Shown one piece after another: positions 23,142 through 33,684 of a stretch of 34,347 nt of DNA. The position numbers were made by a program, and so were the translations under genes. Every line of letters begins with the position of its first letter. The first letter of the stretch is position 1. A model generated the notes under the pieces. The model ran no database searches and was not told where the DNA came from. It saw only the letters and a list, made by a program, of their open reading frames with translations. This stretch comes from a virus (lineage: Duplodnaviria > Heunggongvirae > Uroviricota > Caudoviricetes): the IMG/VR virus record IMGVR_UViG_2693429686_000003. One strand, 5' to 3'.

Positions 23142-26100
23142 ATGGGTAAAGGCAGCAGTAAGGGGCATACCCCGCGCGAAGCGAAGGACAACCTGAAATC
23201 CACGCAGTTGCTGAGTGTGATTGATGCCATCAGCGAAGGGCCGGTTGACGGTCCGGTGGATGGATTAAAAAGCGTGCTGCTGAACGGTACGCCGGTCCTG
23301 GACAGCGAGGGGAAGACAAACTTTTCCGGTGTTACGGTGGTGTTCCGTGCAGGTGAGCAGGAGCAGACACCGCCGGAGGGTTTTGAATCCTCCGGCTCCG
23401 AGACGGTGCTGGGTACGGAAGTGAAATATGACACGCCGATCACCCGGACCATCACGTCGGCAAACATCGACCGTCTGCGCCTGACCTTCGGTGTGCAGGC
23501 ACTGGTGGAAACCACCTCAAAGGGTGACCGGAATCCGTCGGAAGTCCGCCTGCTGGTTCAGATACAGCGTAACGGTGGCTGGGTGACGGAAAAAGACATC
23601 ACCATTAAGGGCAAAACCACTTCGCAGTATCTGGCCTCGGTGGTGGTGGGTAACCTGCCGCCGCGCCCGTTTAATATCCGGATGCGCAGGATGACACCGG
23701 ACAGCACCACAGACCAGCTGCAGAACAAAACGCTCTGGTCGTCGTACACCGAAATCATCGATGTGAAACAGTGCTACCCGAACACGGCGCTGGTCGGCGT
23801 GCAGGTGGATTCAGAGCAGTTCGGTAACCAGCAGGTGAGTCGCAATTATCATCTTCGCGGGCGCATTCTGCAGGTGCCGTCGAACTATAACCCGCAGACG
23901 CGGCAATACAGCGGTATCTGGGACGGAACGCTTAAGCCAGCATACAGCAACAACATGGCCTGGTGTCTGTGGGACATGCTCACTCATCCGCGCTACGGCA
24001 TGGGGAAACGTCTTGGTGCGGCAGATGTGGACAAATGGGCGCTGTATGTCATCGGCCAGTACTGCGACCAGTCAGTGACGGACGGATTTGGCGGCACGGA
24101 GCCGCGCATCACCTGTAACTCTTACCTGACCACACAGCGTAAGGCGTGGGATGTTCTCAGTGATTTCTGCTCGGCGATGCGCTGTATGCCGGTATGGAAC
24201 GGACAGATGCTGACGTTCGTGCAGGACCGACCGTCGGATAAGGTGTGGACCTATAACCGCAGTAATGTGGTGATGCCGGACGATGGCGCGCCGTTCCGCT
24301 ACAGCTTCAGCGCCCTGAAGGACCGCCATAATGCCGTTGAGGTGAACTGGATTGACCCAGATAACGGCTGGGAGACGGCGACAGAGCTTGTGGAGGATAC
24401 GCAGGCCATTGCCCGTTACGGTCGTAATGTCACGAAGATGGATGCCTTTGGCTGTACCAGCCGGGGGCAGGCACACCGAGCCGGGCTGTGGCTGATTAAA
24501 ACGGAACTGCTGGAGACGCAGACCGTGGATTTCAGCGTGGGTGCTGAAGGGCTTCGTCATGTACCGGGCGATGTCATTGAAATCTGCGATGATGATTATG
24601 CCGGTATCAGCACCGGTGGTCGCGTACTGGCGGTGAACAGCCAGACCCGGACGCTGACGCTCGACCGTGAAATCACGCTGCCGTCCTCCGGTACCACGCT
24701 GATAAGCCTGGTTGACGGAAGTGGCAATCCGGTCAGCGTGGAGGTCCAGTCCGTCACCGACGGCGTGAAGGTGAAAGTGAGCCGGGTTCCTGACGGCGTT
24801 GCAGAATACAGCGTGTGGGGGCTGAAGCTGCCGACGCTGCGCCAGCGTCTGTTCCGCTGCGTGAGTATCCGTGAGAACGACGACGGCACGTATGCCATCA
24901 CCGCCGTGCAGCATGTGCCGGAAAAAGAGGCCATCGTGGATAACGGGGCACACTTTGACGGTGACCGGCGCGGCACGGTGAATGGTGTCACGCCGCCAGC
25001 GGTGCAGCATCTGACCGCCGAAGTCACCGCAGACAGCGGGGAATATCAGGTGCTGGCGCGATGGGACACGCCGAAGGTGGTGAAGGGTGTGAGCTTCCTG
25101 CTTCGCCTGACCGTGGCAGCGGACGACGGCAGTGAGCGGCTGGTCAGCACAGCCAGGACGACGGAAACCACATACCGCTTCAGGCAGCTGGCGCTGGGGA
25201 ATTACAGTCTGACAGTCCGGGCGGTAAATGCCCGGGGGCAGCAGGGCGATCCGGCGTCGGTATCGTTCCGGATTGCGGCACCGGCAGCGCCTGTCACTAT
25301 TGAACTGATACCGGGGTATTTTCAGATAACGGCGGTCCCGAAACTGGCTGTATATGACCCGACGGTGCAGTTTGAGTTCTGGTTTTCGGAAAAGCGGATT
25401 GCGGATATCAGGCAGGTTGAAACCACAGCACGCTATCTTGGCACGGCGCTGTACTGGATAGCCGCCAGTATCAATATCAGGCCGGGCCATGATTATTATT
25501 TTTACGTTCGCAGTGTGAACACCGTTGGCAAATCGGCATTTGTGGAGGCCATCGGTCGGGCGAGCGATGATGCAGAAGGTTATCTGAATTTTTATAAAGG
25601 GTTGATCAATAAAACGCATCTCGGCAAGGAGTTGTGGACGCAGATTGATAACGGTCAGCTTGCGCCGGACCTGACTGAAATCAGGACGTCCATTACGAAT
25701 GTCAGCAATGAAATCACGCAAACCGTCAATAAAAAACTGGAAAATCAGAGTGCTGCAATCCAGCAGATACAGAAAGTTCAGGTTGATACAAATAATAACC
25801 TGAACAGCATGTGGGCTGTGAAGCTGCAACAGATGAAGGACGGACGCCTTTATATTGCGGGTATCGGTGCCGGTATTGAGAATACGCCAGCAGGAATGCA
25901 GAGTCAGGTGCTGCTGGCGGCAGACAGGATTGCGATGATTAATCCTGCGAATGGCAACACAAAGCCGATGTTTGTTGGTCAGGGCGATCAGATATTCATG
26001 AACGACGTGTTCCTGAAATGCCTGACGGCTCCGACCATTACCAGCGGCGGTAATCCTCCGGCATTTTCCCTGACACCTGGCGGACGGCTGACGGCGAAAA

Positions 26101-26621
26101 ATGCCGATATCAGCGGTAACGTGAACGCGAACTCCGGGACGCTCAACAACGTCACGATTAATAAGAACTGTCGGGTTCTGGGAAAATTGTCCGCGAACCA
26201 GATTGAAGGCGATCTCGTTAAAACAGTGGGCAAACCTTTCCCACGGGACTCCCGGGCACCGGAGAGGTGGCCATCAGGGACCATTACCGTCAGGGTTTAT
26301 GACGATCAGCCGTTTGATCGGCAAATTGTTATTCCCGCGGTGGCGTTTCGCGGTGCTAAACATGAGCGGAAGAATAACAATATTTATTCGTCATGCCGCC
26401 TGATAGTGAAGAAAAACGGTGCTGAAATTTATAACCGAACGACCCTGGATAATACGCTGATATATACGGGTGTTATTGATATGCCTGCCGGTCACGGTCA
26501 CATGACGCTGGAGTTTTCTGTATCGGCATGGCTGGTAAATGGCTGGTATCCCACAGCAAGTATCAGCGATTTGCTGGTTGTGGTGATGAAGAAAGCCACT
26601 GCAGGCATCACGATTAGCTGA
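23142..26621 (+). CDS. J: Central tail fibre/host-specificity protein gpJ (copy 2, intact, 1159 aa)
   Basis: Full-length ORF collinear with lambda gpJ (1132 aa); the N-terminal ~840 residues are almost identical to J copy 1. Confidence 0.96.
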   Translation: MGKGSSKGHTPREAKDNLKSTQLLSVIDAISEGPVDGPVDGLKSVLLNGTPVLDSEGKTNFSGVTVVFRAGEQEQTPPEGFESSGSETVLGTEVKYDTPITRTITSANIDRLRLTFGVQALVETTSKGDRNPSEVRLLVQIQRNGGWVTEKDITIKGKTTSQYLASVVVGNLPPRPFNIRMRRMTPDSTTDQLQNKTLWSSYTEIIDVKQCYPNTALVGVQVDSEQFGNQQVSRNYHLRGRILQVPSNYNPQTRQYSGIWDGTLKPAYSNNMAWCLWDMLTHPRYGMGKRLGAADVDKWALYVIGQYCDQSVTDGFGGTEPRITCNSYLTTQRKAWDVLSDFCSAMRCMPVWNGQMLTFVQDRPSDKVWTYNRSNVVMPDDGAPFRYSFSALKDRHNAVEVNWIDPDNGWETATELVEDTQAIARYGRNVTKMDAFGCTSRGQAHRAGLWLIKTELLETQTVDFSVGAEGLRHVPGDVIEICDDDYAGISTGGRVLAVNSQTRTLTLDREITLPSSGTTLISLVDGSGNPVSVEVQSVTDGVKVKVSRVPDGVAEYSVWGLKLPTLRQRLFRCVSIRENDDGTYAITAVQHVPEKEAIVDNGAHFDGDRRGTVNGVTPPAVQHLTAEVTADSGEYQVLARWDTPKVVKGVSFLLRLTVAADDGSERLVSTARTTETTYRFRQLALGNYSLTVRAVNARGQQGDPASVSFRIAAPAAPVTIELIPGYFQITAVPKLAVYDPTVQFEFWFSEKRIADIRQVETTARYLGTALYWIAASINIRPGHDYYFYVRSVNTVGKSAFVEAIGRASDDAEGYLNFYKGLINKTHLGKELWTQIDNGQLAPDLTEIRTSITNVSNEITQTVNKKLENQSAAIQQIQKVQVDTNNNLNSMWAVKLQQMKDGRLYIAGIGAGIENTPAGMQSQVLLAADRIAMINPANGNTKPMFVGQGDQIFMNDVFLKCLTAPTITSGGNPPAFSLTPGGRLTAKNADISGNVNANSGTLNNVTINKNCRVLGKLSANQIEGDLVKTVGKPFPRDSRAPERWPSGTITVRVYDDQPFDRQIVIPAVAFRGAKHERKNNNIYSSCRLIVKKNGAEIYNRTTLDNTLIYTGVIDMPAGHGHMTLEFSVSAWLVNGWYPTASISDLLVVVMKKATAGITIS

Positions 26622-26640
26622 ATTTTATAACCCAGATACG

Positions 26641-26666
26641 GGCACCAGAAATGGTGCCTTTTTTAT
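26641..26666 (+). terminator. Rho-independent terminator after J copy 2 (ggcacc-agaaat-ggtgcc + T6)
   Basis: Perfect 6-bp stem with T-run, 20 nt after the J2 stop and before the lom RBS. Confidence 0.7.
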
Positions 26667-26688
26667 TGCAGAAAAGCGAGAGGTAATT

Positions 26689-27288
26689 ATGCGTAAAGTT
26701 TGTGCAGCCATTTTGTCCGCAGCCATTTGCCTGGCCGTATCCGGTGCGCCTGCATGGGCGTCTGAACATCAGTCCACGCTGAGCGCCGGGTATCTTCAGA
26801 CCCATACTGATATGCCAGGCAGCGATGACCTGAAGGGCATTAACGTGAAATACCGTTATGAGTTTACGGACACGCTGGGGCTGATTACGTCATTCAGTTA
26901 TGCCAACGCTGAAGATGAGCAAAAAACGCATTACAGCGATACCCGCTGGCATGAGGATTCCGTGCGTAACCGCTGGTTCAGCGTGATGGCGGGGCCGTCT
27001 GTGCGCGTGAATGAATGGTTCAGCGCGTATGCGATGGCGGGCGTGGCTTACAGCCGTGTGTCGACCTTCTCCGGGGATTATCTCCGCGTAACTGACAACA
27101 AGGGGAAAACGCACGATGTGCTGACCGGAAGTGATGGCGGTCGCCACAGCAACACGTCTCTGGCGTGGGGGGCTGGCGTGCAGTTTAACCCGACCGAATC
27201 CGTGGCCATTGACCTTGCTTATGAAGGTTCCGGCAGTGGTGACTGGCGCACTGACGGTTTCATCGTGGGTGTCGGTTATAAGTTCTGA
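26689..27288 (+). CDS. lom: Outer-membrane beta-barrel protein Lom (Ail/Lom family), copy 1, intact
   Basis: 199-aa ORF with signal peptide (MRKVCAAILSAAICLAVSGAPAWA) and a C-terminal aromatic residue; lambda Lom-like. Confidence 0.93.
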   Translation: MRKVCAAILSAAICLAVSGAPAWASEHQSTLSAGYLQTHTDMPGSDDLKGINVKYRYEFTDTLGLITSFSYANAEDEQKTHYSDTRWHEDSVRNRWFSVMAGPSVRVNEWFSAYAMAGVAYSRVSTFSGDYLRVTDNKGKTHDVLTGSDGGRHSNTSLAWGAGVQFNPTESVAIDLAYEGSGSGDWRTDGFIVGVGYKF

Positions 27289-27314
27289 TTAGCCAGGTAA
27301 CACAGTGTTATGAC

Positions 27315-27340
27315 TGCCCGCTGGTTCAGGCGGGCTTTTT
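27315..27340 (+). terminator. Terminator-like hairpin after lom copy 1 (gcccgc-tggttcag-gcgggc + T5)
   Basis: Inverted repeat plus T-run directly after the lom stop. Confidence 0.55.
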
Positions 27341-27351
27341 GTGGGGTGAAT

Positions 27352-27678
27352 ATGGCAGTAAAGATTTCAGGTGTACTGAAAGATGGGGCGGGTAAACCTG
27401 TCGTAAATTGTGCGATTGAACTGCGGGCCAGAAGAACCAGTCCGACCGTTGTGGCACACGTTGTTGCCACTTGCGTGACGGACAATAACGGTGCTTATGT
27501 GATTGAGGCTGAGCCGGGGTATTACGAGGTTGCGCTTCACTGTAACGGCTGGCAGCCAACCCGTGTCGGGGATATTGATGTGGCACCGACTGATGCACCG
27601 GGGACACTGAACGCGTTTCTGAATGCACCAAAGGATGGTGATTTACGTCCGGAGGTGATGAAGTGTCAGCGCCAGTGA
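27352..27678 (+). pseudogene. stf: 5' fragment of a side tail fibre gene (stf allele B, about 104 codons), cut by the IS21-like end
   Basis: [17 protein letters not shown]... matches the conserved Stf N-terminus and diverges from the full stf at 29903; after …DLRPEVMK the sequence becomes the IS end (TGTCAGCGCCAGTG…). Confidence 0.8.
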
Positions 27679-27907
27679 TATAAGACGGTAATTCGCCATT
27701 TGGATTGTCCGCTCCACCCAACATGTTGTTTCCTTAAGGTTCTCACACCAGAAAGGACATCAACATGCTGAGCAGAGAGGACTTTTACATGATAAAGCAA
27801 ATGCGCCAGCAGGGCGCGTACATCGTCGATATTGCGACTCAGATTGGTTGCTCTGAACGGACGGTCAGACGCTACCTCAAATACCCTGAACCGCCAGCCA
27901 GAAAGAC
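27664..27907 (+). mobile_element. istA: Left end of an IS21-family element, including the first 47 codons of istA (27765-27907), truncated by the scaffold gap
   Basis: The terminus starts TGTCAGC…; ORF MLSREDFYMIKQMRQQGAYIVDIATQIGCSERTVRRYLKYPEPPARK matches my recollection of the IS21 IstA HTH N-terminus; it runs into NNNN. Confidence 0.6.
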
Positions 27908-27911
27908 NNNN
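27908..27911. other. Assembly gap (NNNN), a scaffold join
   Basis: Four ambiguous bases; sequence context changes abruptly from the IS21 istA 5' end to mid-J. Confidence 0.95.
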
Positions 27912-29251
27912 TTGAGCTGACGCCGGGCTATTTTCAGATAACCGCCACGCCGCATCTTGCGGTTTATGATCCGACGGTACAGTTTGAGTTCTGGTTCTCG
28001 GAAAAGCGGATTGCGGATATCAGGCAGGTTGAAACCACAGCACGCTATCTTGGCACGGCGCTGTACTGGATAGCCGCCAGTATCAATATCAAACCGGGCC
28101 ATGATTATTACTTTTATATCCGCAGTGTGAACACCGTTGGCAAATCGGCATTCGTGGAGGCTGTTGGTCAGCCGAGTGATGATGCATCCGGTTATCTGGA
28201 TTTTTTCAAAGGCGAGATAGGGAAAACCCATCTGGCTCAGGAGCTGTGGACGCAGATTGATAACGGTCAGCTTGCGCCTGACCTGGCTGAAATCAGGACG
28301 TCCATTACGGATGTCAGCAATGAAATCACGCAGACCGTCAATAAGAAACTGGAAGACCAGAGTGCGGCAATTCAGCAGATACAGAAGGTTCAGGTTGATA
28401 CAAATAATAACCTGAACAGCATGTGGGCTGTGAAGCTGCAGCAGATGCAGGACGGACGCCTTTATATCGCGGGTATTGGTGCCGGTATTGAGAACACCCC
28501 TGACGGCATGCAGAGTCAGGTGCTGCTGGCGGCGGACAGGATTGCGATGGTTAATCCTGCGAATGGCAACACAAAACCGATGTTTGTTGGTCAGGGCGAT
28601 CAGATATTCATGAACGACGTGTTCCTGAAACGCCTGACGGCCCCCACCATTACCAGCGGTGGAAATCCATCGGCATTTTCCCTGACTCCGGACGGAAAGC
28701 TGACCGCTAAAAATGCGGATATCAGTGGCAGTGTGAATGCGAACGCCGGGACGCTCAACAATGTCACGGTAAATGAAAACTGTACGATTAAGGGCATGCT
28801 GGAGGCGACTCAGGTCAGAGGTGACTTCGTTAAAGCTGTATCCAAATCATTTCCGAAACAGGCTGGTACGTGGGGTAACACGGAAACACCAAACGGGACG
28901 GTTACAGTCACCATAAGCGATGATCATAACTTTGACCGCCAGATTATTATTCCGCCCATTATTTTTAACGGTATAGCGTATGACGATCCGGGGAGCGGAA
29001 ATAACCCAGGAGGCACGCGATACACGGGTTATGGTTTTGAAGTTCGCAAAAACGGCGTATTAATCGCATCCAGAGAAACTAAAGGTGCCATTCCCGGTAG
29101 TTACAGTGCAGTTATTGATATGCCTAGTGGTGGTGGTAGCGTCACTCTGGAGTTTAAGATTTTCCAGAAAGGCAATCAGGGGGCAGGCAATATCACCGAC
29201 TGTACGGTGATTGTGACCAAAAAAGCGGCTTCCGGCATCAGTATTCGTTGA
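27912..29251 (+). pseudogene. J: 3' portion of J (allele 1), residues about 775 to the end, with a C-terminal domain unlike J copy 2
   Basis: 27912-28118 is identical to 18946-19152 (end of truncated J copy 1) and continues in the J frame (ORF 28127-29251 lies within it); the last ~145 residues differ from J copy 2. Confidence 0.85.
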
Positions 29252-29273
29252 AATATTTATAACCCCAATAAAT

Positions 29274-29299
29274 GGCGTCAGGAATGACGCCTTTTTTAT
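29274..29299 (+). terminator. Rho-independent terminator after J allele 1 (ggcgtca-ggaa-tgacgcc + T6)
   Basis: Perfect 7-bp stem and T-run; the stem sequence differs from the 26641 terminator but keeps pairing; downstream sequence is identical. Confidence 0.7.
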
Positions 29300-29321
29300 T
29301 GCAGAAAAGCGAGAGGTAATT

Positions 29322-29838
29322 ATGCGTAAAGTTTGTGCAGCCATTTTGTCCGCAGCCATTTGCCTGGCCGTATCCGGTGCGCCTGCATGGGCGTCTGAAC
29401 ATCAGTCCACGCTGAGCGCGGGGTATCTTCATGCCCGGACCAACGTTCCCGGCAGTGATGATCTGAACGGGATTAACGTGAAATACCGTTATGAGTTTAC
29501 GGATACGCTGGGGCTGGTGACGTCATTCAGCTATGCAGGAGACAAGAATCGCCAGCTGACCCGTTACAGCGATACCCGCTGGCATGAAGATTCCGTGCGT
29601 AACCGCTGGTTCAGCGTGATGGCGGGGCCGTCTGTGCGCGTGAATGAATGGTTCAGCGCGTATGCGATGGCGGGTGTGGCTTACAGCCGTGTGTCGACTT
29701 TTTCCGGGGATTATATCCGCGTAACTGACAATAAGGGGAAAACGCACGATGTGCTGACCGGAAGTGATGACGGTCGCCACAGCAACACGTCTCTGGCGCA
29801 CTGACGGTTTCATCGTGGGTGTCGGTTATAAATTCTGA
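29322..29838 (+). pseudogene. lom: lom copy 2 with an 83-bp internal deletion giving a frameshift and premature stop at 29804
   Basis: Identical to lom copy 1 in most of its length; sequence jumps from …acgtctctggcg to cactgacggtttcatcg…, omitting 83 bp present in copy 1, with the 6-bp repeat ctggcg at both deletion borders. Confidence 0.75.
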
Positions 29839-29865
29839 TTAGCCAGGTAACACAGTGTTATGACA

Positions 29866-29891
29866 GCCCGCCGGTTCAGGCGGGCTTTTTT
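29866..29891 (+). terminator. Rho-independent terminator after lom copy 2 (gcccgcc-ggttca-ggcgggc + T6)
   Basis: Perfect 7-bp stem and T-run. Confidence 0.65.
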
Positions 29892-29902
29892 GTGGGGTGA
29901 AT

Positions 29903-32900
29903 ATGGCAGTAAAGATTTCAGGTGTACTGAAAGACGGCACAGGAAAACCGGTACAGAACTGCACAATCCAGCTGAAAGCAAAACGTAACAGCACCACGGT
30001 GGTGGTGAACACGCTGGCCTCAGAAAATCCGGATGAAGCCGGGCGTTACAGCATGGACGTTGAGTACGGTCAGTACAGCGTTATTCTGTTGGTGGAAGGA
30101 TTCCCGCCGTCACATGCCGGGACCATCACCGTGTATGAAGATTCCCGACCCGGTACGCTGAATGATTTTCTCGGTGCCATGACGGAGGATGATGCCCGTC
30201 CGGAGGCACTGCGCCGTTTTGAGCTGATGGTGGAAGAGGTGGCGCGTAACGCGTCCGCGGTGGCACAGAACACGGCAGCCGCGAAGAAATCAGCCAGCGA
30301 TGCCAGCACATCAGCCCGTGAGGCGGCAACCCATGCGACTGATGCTGCAGATTCAGCACGTGCAGCCAGCACGTCAGCCGGACAGGCCGCTTCGTCGGCT
30401 CAGTCAGCGTCTTCCAGCGCAGGAACGGCATCAACAAAGGCCACTGAAGCCTCAAAAAGTGCTGCCGCTGCAGAGTCCTCAAAAAGCGCGGCGGCTACCA
30501 GTGCCGGTGCGGCGAAAACGTTAGAAACGAATGCGGCAGCGTCACAACAATCAGCAGCCACTTCTGCATCCACCGCGACCACGAAAGCGTCAGAAGCTGC
30601 CACCTCAGCCCGGGATGCGTCGGCTTCAAAAGAGGCGGCAAAATCATCAGAAACGAACGCATCATCAAGCGCCAGTAGCGCAGCTTCCTCGGCGACGGCG
30701 GCTGCAAATTCTGCGAAGGCGGCCAAAACGTCCGAGACGAACGCCAGGTCTTCTGAAACGGCAGCGGGACAGAGTGCCTCAGCTGCGGCAGGCTCAAAAA
30801 CAGCGGCTGCGTCGTCTGCCAGCGCCGCGTCAACAAGTGCCGGGCAGGCCTCAGCCAGTGCCACCGCCGCCGGAAAATCGGCAGAAAGCGCCGCATCATC
30901 CGCTTCAACAGCCACAACGAAGGCTGGCGAAGCCACTGAGCAGGCCACGGCAGCAGCGAGGTCAGCTTCCGCAGCGAAGACATCCGAAACGAACGCGAAA
31001 GCGTCGGAAACCCGTGCAGAATCCTCAAAAACGGCTGCCGCATCGTCCGCCAGTTCGGCGGCGTCATCGGCATCATCGGCGTCTGCTTCAAAAGATGAGG
31101 CGACCAGACAGGCGTCAGCAGCGAAGGGCAGCGCCACGACGGCATCCACGAAGGCGACAGAGGCTGCTGGTAGTGCGACGGCAGCAGCTCAGAGCAAAAG
31201 TACGGCGGAATCTGCAGCAACGCGCGCTGAGACAGCGGCAAAACGGGCAGAGGATATTGCATCCGCCGTGGCGCTTGAGGATGCGAGCACGACGAAAAAG
31301 GGGATAGTACAGCTCAGTAGTGCGACTAACAGCACTTCCGAGTCACTGGCGGCAACACCAAAAGCCGTTAAGGCCGCGTATGACCTGGCTAACGGGAAAT
31401 ACACCGCACAGGATGCAACGACAGCACAGAAAGGGATAATCCAGCTAAGCAGCGCGACCAACAGCACGTCTGAAACGCTGGCGGCAACGCCAAAGGCAGT
31501 AAAAGCAGCCAATGACAATGCTGAGAAACGTCTGCAGAAAGATCAGAACGGTGCGGATATCCCTGGCAAAGACACCTTTACGAAAAATATTGGTGCCTGC
31601 CGTGCCTTCGGTGGGTCAGTAAGCACAACAACAGGAAACTGGACGACTGCACAGTTTATCGAGTGGCTGGATTCTCAGGGAGCATTTAACCATCCATACT
31701 GGATGTGCAAGGGTTCCTGGTCTTATGGCAATAATAAAATCATTACTGATACTGGCTGCGGTAATATTCATCTCGCCGGAGCTGTCATTGAAGTAATGGG
31801 GATAAAGTCAGCGATGACGATCCGCATTACCACTCCGACCACATCCAGCGGTGGCGGAACAACCAACGCCCAGTTTACCTATATTAATCACGGAACAGAT
31901 TATTCACCTGGCTGGCGAAGGGACTATAACTCCAGAAATAAGCCAACGGCATCAGAGATCGGGGCGCTACCGTCAGGTGGAACAGCAGTATCATCAGTTA
32001 ATCTGGCTTCAAAAGGTCGGGTAGCCGCGCTGACAGACAATACGCAGGGGGCAGCAGGTCTTGAGTTATACGAGGTGTATAACAACGGATATCCAACAGC
32101 GTATGGAAATATCATTCACCTGAAAGGGATGACAGCCGTTGGCGAAGGTGAGTTACTCATCGGCTGGAGTGGTACAAGCGGTGCTCATGCTCCGGCATTT
32201 ATTCGTTCACGACGGGATACGACCGACGCAAACTGGTCGCCGTGGGCGCAGCTTTACACCTCGGCTCATCCTCCTGCAGAGTTTTATCCAGTCGGTGCAC
32301 CAATCCCGTGGCCATCAGATACCGTTCCGTCTGGTTATGCCCTGATGCAGGGGCAGACTTTTGACAAATCTGCTTACCCGAAACTTGCAGCCGCTTATCC
32401 GTCAGGCGTGATCCCTGATATGCGTGGCTGGACGATTAAGGGCAAGCCCGCCAGTGGTCGTGCCGTATTGTCTCAGGAACAGGATGGCATTAAATCGCAC
32501 ACCCACAGCGCCAGCGCATCCAGTACGGATTTGGGGACGAAAACCACATCGTCGTTTGATTACGGCACTAAATCCACGAATAACACCGGGGCGCATACGC
32601 ACAGTCTGAGCGGCTCTACAAGTTCAGCTGGGGCCCACCAACATAGTCAGACTGGGCCCAGAACGAATAGCGGGAGTCAACCTACTGGAATGTTTCCGGC
32701 AGGGAGTACTCAAGTTAGCGGGACTAATCAGGTTGGTATCAGTGGCTCATTAACCAGTGGCACCTCCCAATGGGTAGGTAAATCATCTTCAGAAGGAAAC
32801 CATACACACTCACTGTCCGGCACAGCAGCATCTGCGGGTGCACACGCGCATACTGTCGGTATTGGTGCTCATACGCACTCTGTTGCGATTGGTTCACATG

Positions 32901-32986
32901 GACACACCATCACCGTTAACGCTGCTGGTAACGCGGAAAACACCGTCAAAAACATCGCATTTAACTATATTGTGAGGCTCGCATAA
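29903..32986 (+). CDS. stf: Side tail fibre protein Stf: conserved N-terminus, long Ala/Ser/Thr-rich repeat region, two phage-tail-fibre repeats (…[14 protein letters not shown](S/T)[11 protein letters not shown]…), His-rich C-terminus
   Basis: N-terminus ([30 protein letters not shown]…) and C-terminus (…[31 protein letters not shown]) match lambda Stf; the ORF is 1029 aa from GTG 29897 against 774 aa in lambda. Confidence 0.93.
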   Translation: MAVKISGVLKDGTGKPVQNCTIQLKAKRNSTTVVVNTLASENPDEAGRYSMDVEYGQYSVILLVEGFPPSHAGTITVYEDSRPGTLNDFLGAMTEDDARPEALRRFELMVEEVARNASAVAQNTAAAKKSASDASTSAREAATHATDAADSARAASTSAGQAASSAQSASSSAGTASTKATEASKSAAAAESSKSAAATSAGAAKTLETNAAASQQSAATSASTATTKASEAATSARDASASKEAAKSSETNASSSASSAASSATAAANSAKAAKTSETNARSSETAAGQSASAAAGSKTAAASSASAASTSAGQASASATAAGKSAESAASSASTATTKAGEATEQATAAARSASAAKTSETNAKASETRAESSKTAAASSASSAASSASSASASKDEATRQASAAKGSATTASTKATEAAGSATAAAQSKSTAESAATRAETAAKRAEDIASAVALEDASTTKKGIVQLSSATNSTSESLAATPKAVKAAYDLANGKYTAQDATTAQKGIIQLSSATNSTSETLAATPKAVKAANDNAEKRLQKDQNGADIPGKDTFTKNIGACRAFGGSVSTTTGNWTTAQFIEWLDSQGAFNHPYWMCKGSWSYGNNKIITDTGCGNIHLAGAVIEVMGIKSAMTIRITTPTTSSGGGTTNAQFTYINHGTDYSPGWRRDYNSRNKPTASEIGALPSGGTAVSSVNLASKGRVAALTDNTQGAAGLELYEVYNNGYPTAYGNIIHLKGMTAVGEGELLIGWSGTSGAHAPAFIRSRRDTTDANWSPWAQLYTSAHPPAEFYPVGAPIPWPSDTVPSGYALMQGQTFDKSAYPKLAAAYPSGVIPDMRGWTIKGKPASGRAVLSQEQDGIKSHTHSASASSTDLGTKTTSSFDYGTKSTNNTGAHTHSLSGSTSSAGAHQHSQTGPRTNSGSQPTGMFPAGSTQVSGTNQVGISGSLTSGTSQWVGKSSSEGNHTHSLSGTAASAGAHAHTVGIGAHTHSVAIGSHGHTITVNAAGNAENTVKNIAFNYIVRLA

Positions 32987-33567
32987 TGGCATTCAGAATG
33001 AGTGAACAAGCACGGACCATAAAAATTTATAACCTGCTGGCCGGAACTAATGAATTTATTGGTGAAGGTGACGCATATATTCCGCCTCATACAGGTCTGC
33101 CTGCAAACAGTACCGATATTGCACCGCCAGATATTCCGGCTGGTTTCGTGGCTGTTTTCAACAGTGATGAGTCATCGTGGCATCTCGTTGAAGATCATCG
33201 GGGTAAAACGGTTTATGACGTGGCTTCCGGCGACGCGTTATTTATTTCTGAACTCGGCTCATTACCGGAAAATGTCACCTGGTTATCCCCGGAAGGGGAG
33301 TTTCAGAAGTGGAACGGCACAGCCTGGGTGAAGGATACGGAAGCAGAAAAACTGTTCCGGATCCGGGAGGCGGAAGAAACAAAAAACAGCCTGATGCAGG
33401 TAGCCAGTGAGCATATAGCGCCGCTTCAGGATGCTGTGGATCTGGAGATCGCAACGGAGAAAGAAACCTTGTTGCTGGAAGCTTGGAAAAAGTATCGGGT
33501 GTTGCTGAACCGTGTTGATACATCAACTGCACCGGATATTGAATGGCCAGTAGCACCTATAGGGTAA
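32986..33567 (+). CDS. tfa: Tail fibre assembly chaperone Tfa
   Basis: 193-aa ORF matching lambda Tfa ([61 protein letters not shown]…); start overlaps the stf stop (TAATG). Confidence 0.94.
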   Translation: MAFRMSEQARTIKIYNLLAGTNEFIGEGDAYIPPHTGLPANSTDIAPPDIPAGFVAVFNSDESSWHLVEDHRGKTVYDVASGDALFISELGSLPENVTWLSPEGEFQKWNGTAWVKDTEAEKLFRIREAEETKNSLMQVASEHIAPLQDAVDLEIATEKETLLLEAWKKYRVLLNRVDTSTAPDIEWPVAPIG

Positions 33568-33650
33568 ATTCGTAATGATTACCTAAATACGTTATTCTTT
33601 TGTTAAAAAAGTGATTTTGCTATAGGTAGGGAGTATGTTCTTGGATTAAG

Positions 33651-33684
33651 AATAAAAAATCGCCATGAAAGAGCTTCATGGCGA
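33651..33684 (-). terminator. Rho-independent terminator on the minus strand (10-bp perfect stem tcgccatgaa/ttcatggcga, 5-nt loop, then TTTTTTATT on the minus strand)
   Basis: Plus-strand aataaaaaa-tcgccatgaa-agagc-ttcatggcga; the T-run follows the hairpin only on the minus strand, so it would end a leftward transcript from the AT-rich region. Confidence 0.6.

Noticed and set aside
30400-31307. Long ORFs on both strands and in other frames overlapping stf (30400-31149 minus, 30495-31262 minus, 30531-31307 plus)
   Set aside because: They lie entirely within the GC-rich Ala/Ser-codon repeat region of stf, where stop codons are rare in every frame; their translations are low-complexity (poly-Ala, Arg/Pro/Gln-rich) and they are artefacts of that composition.
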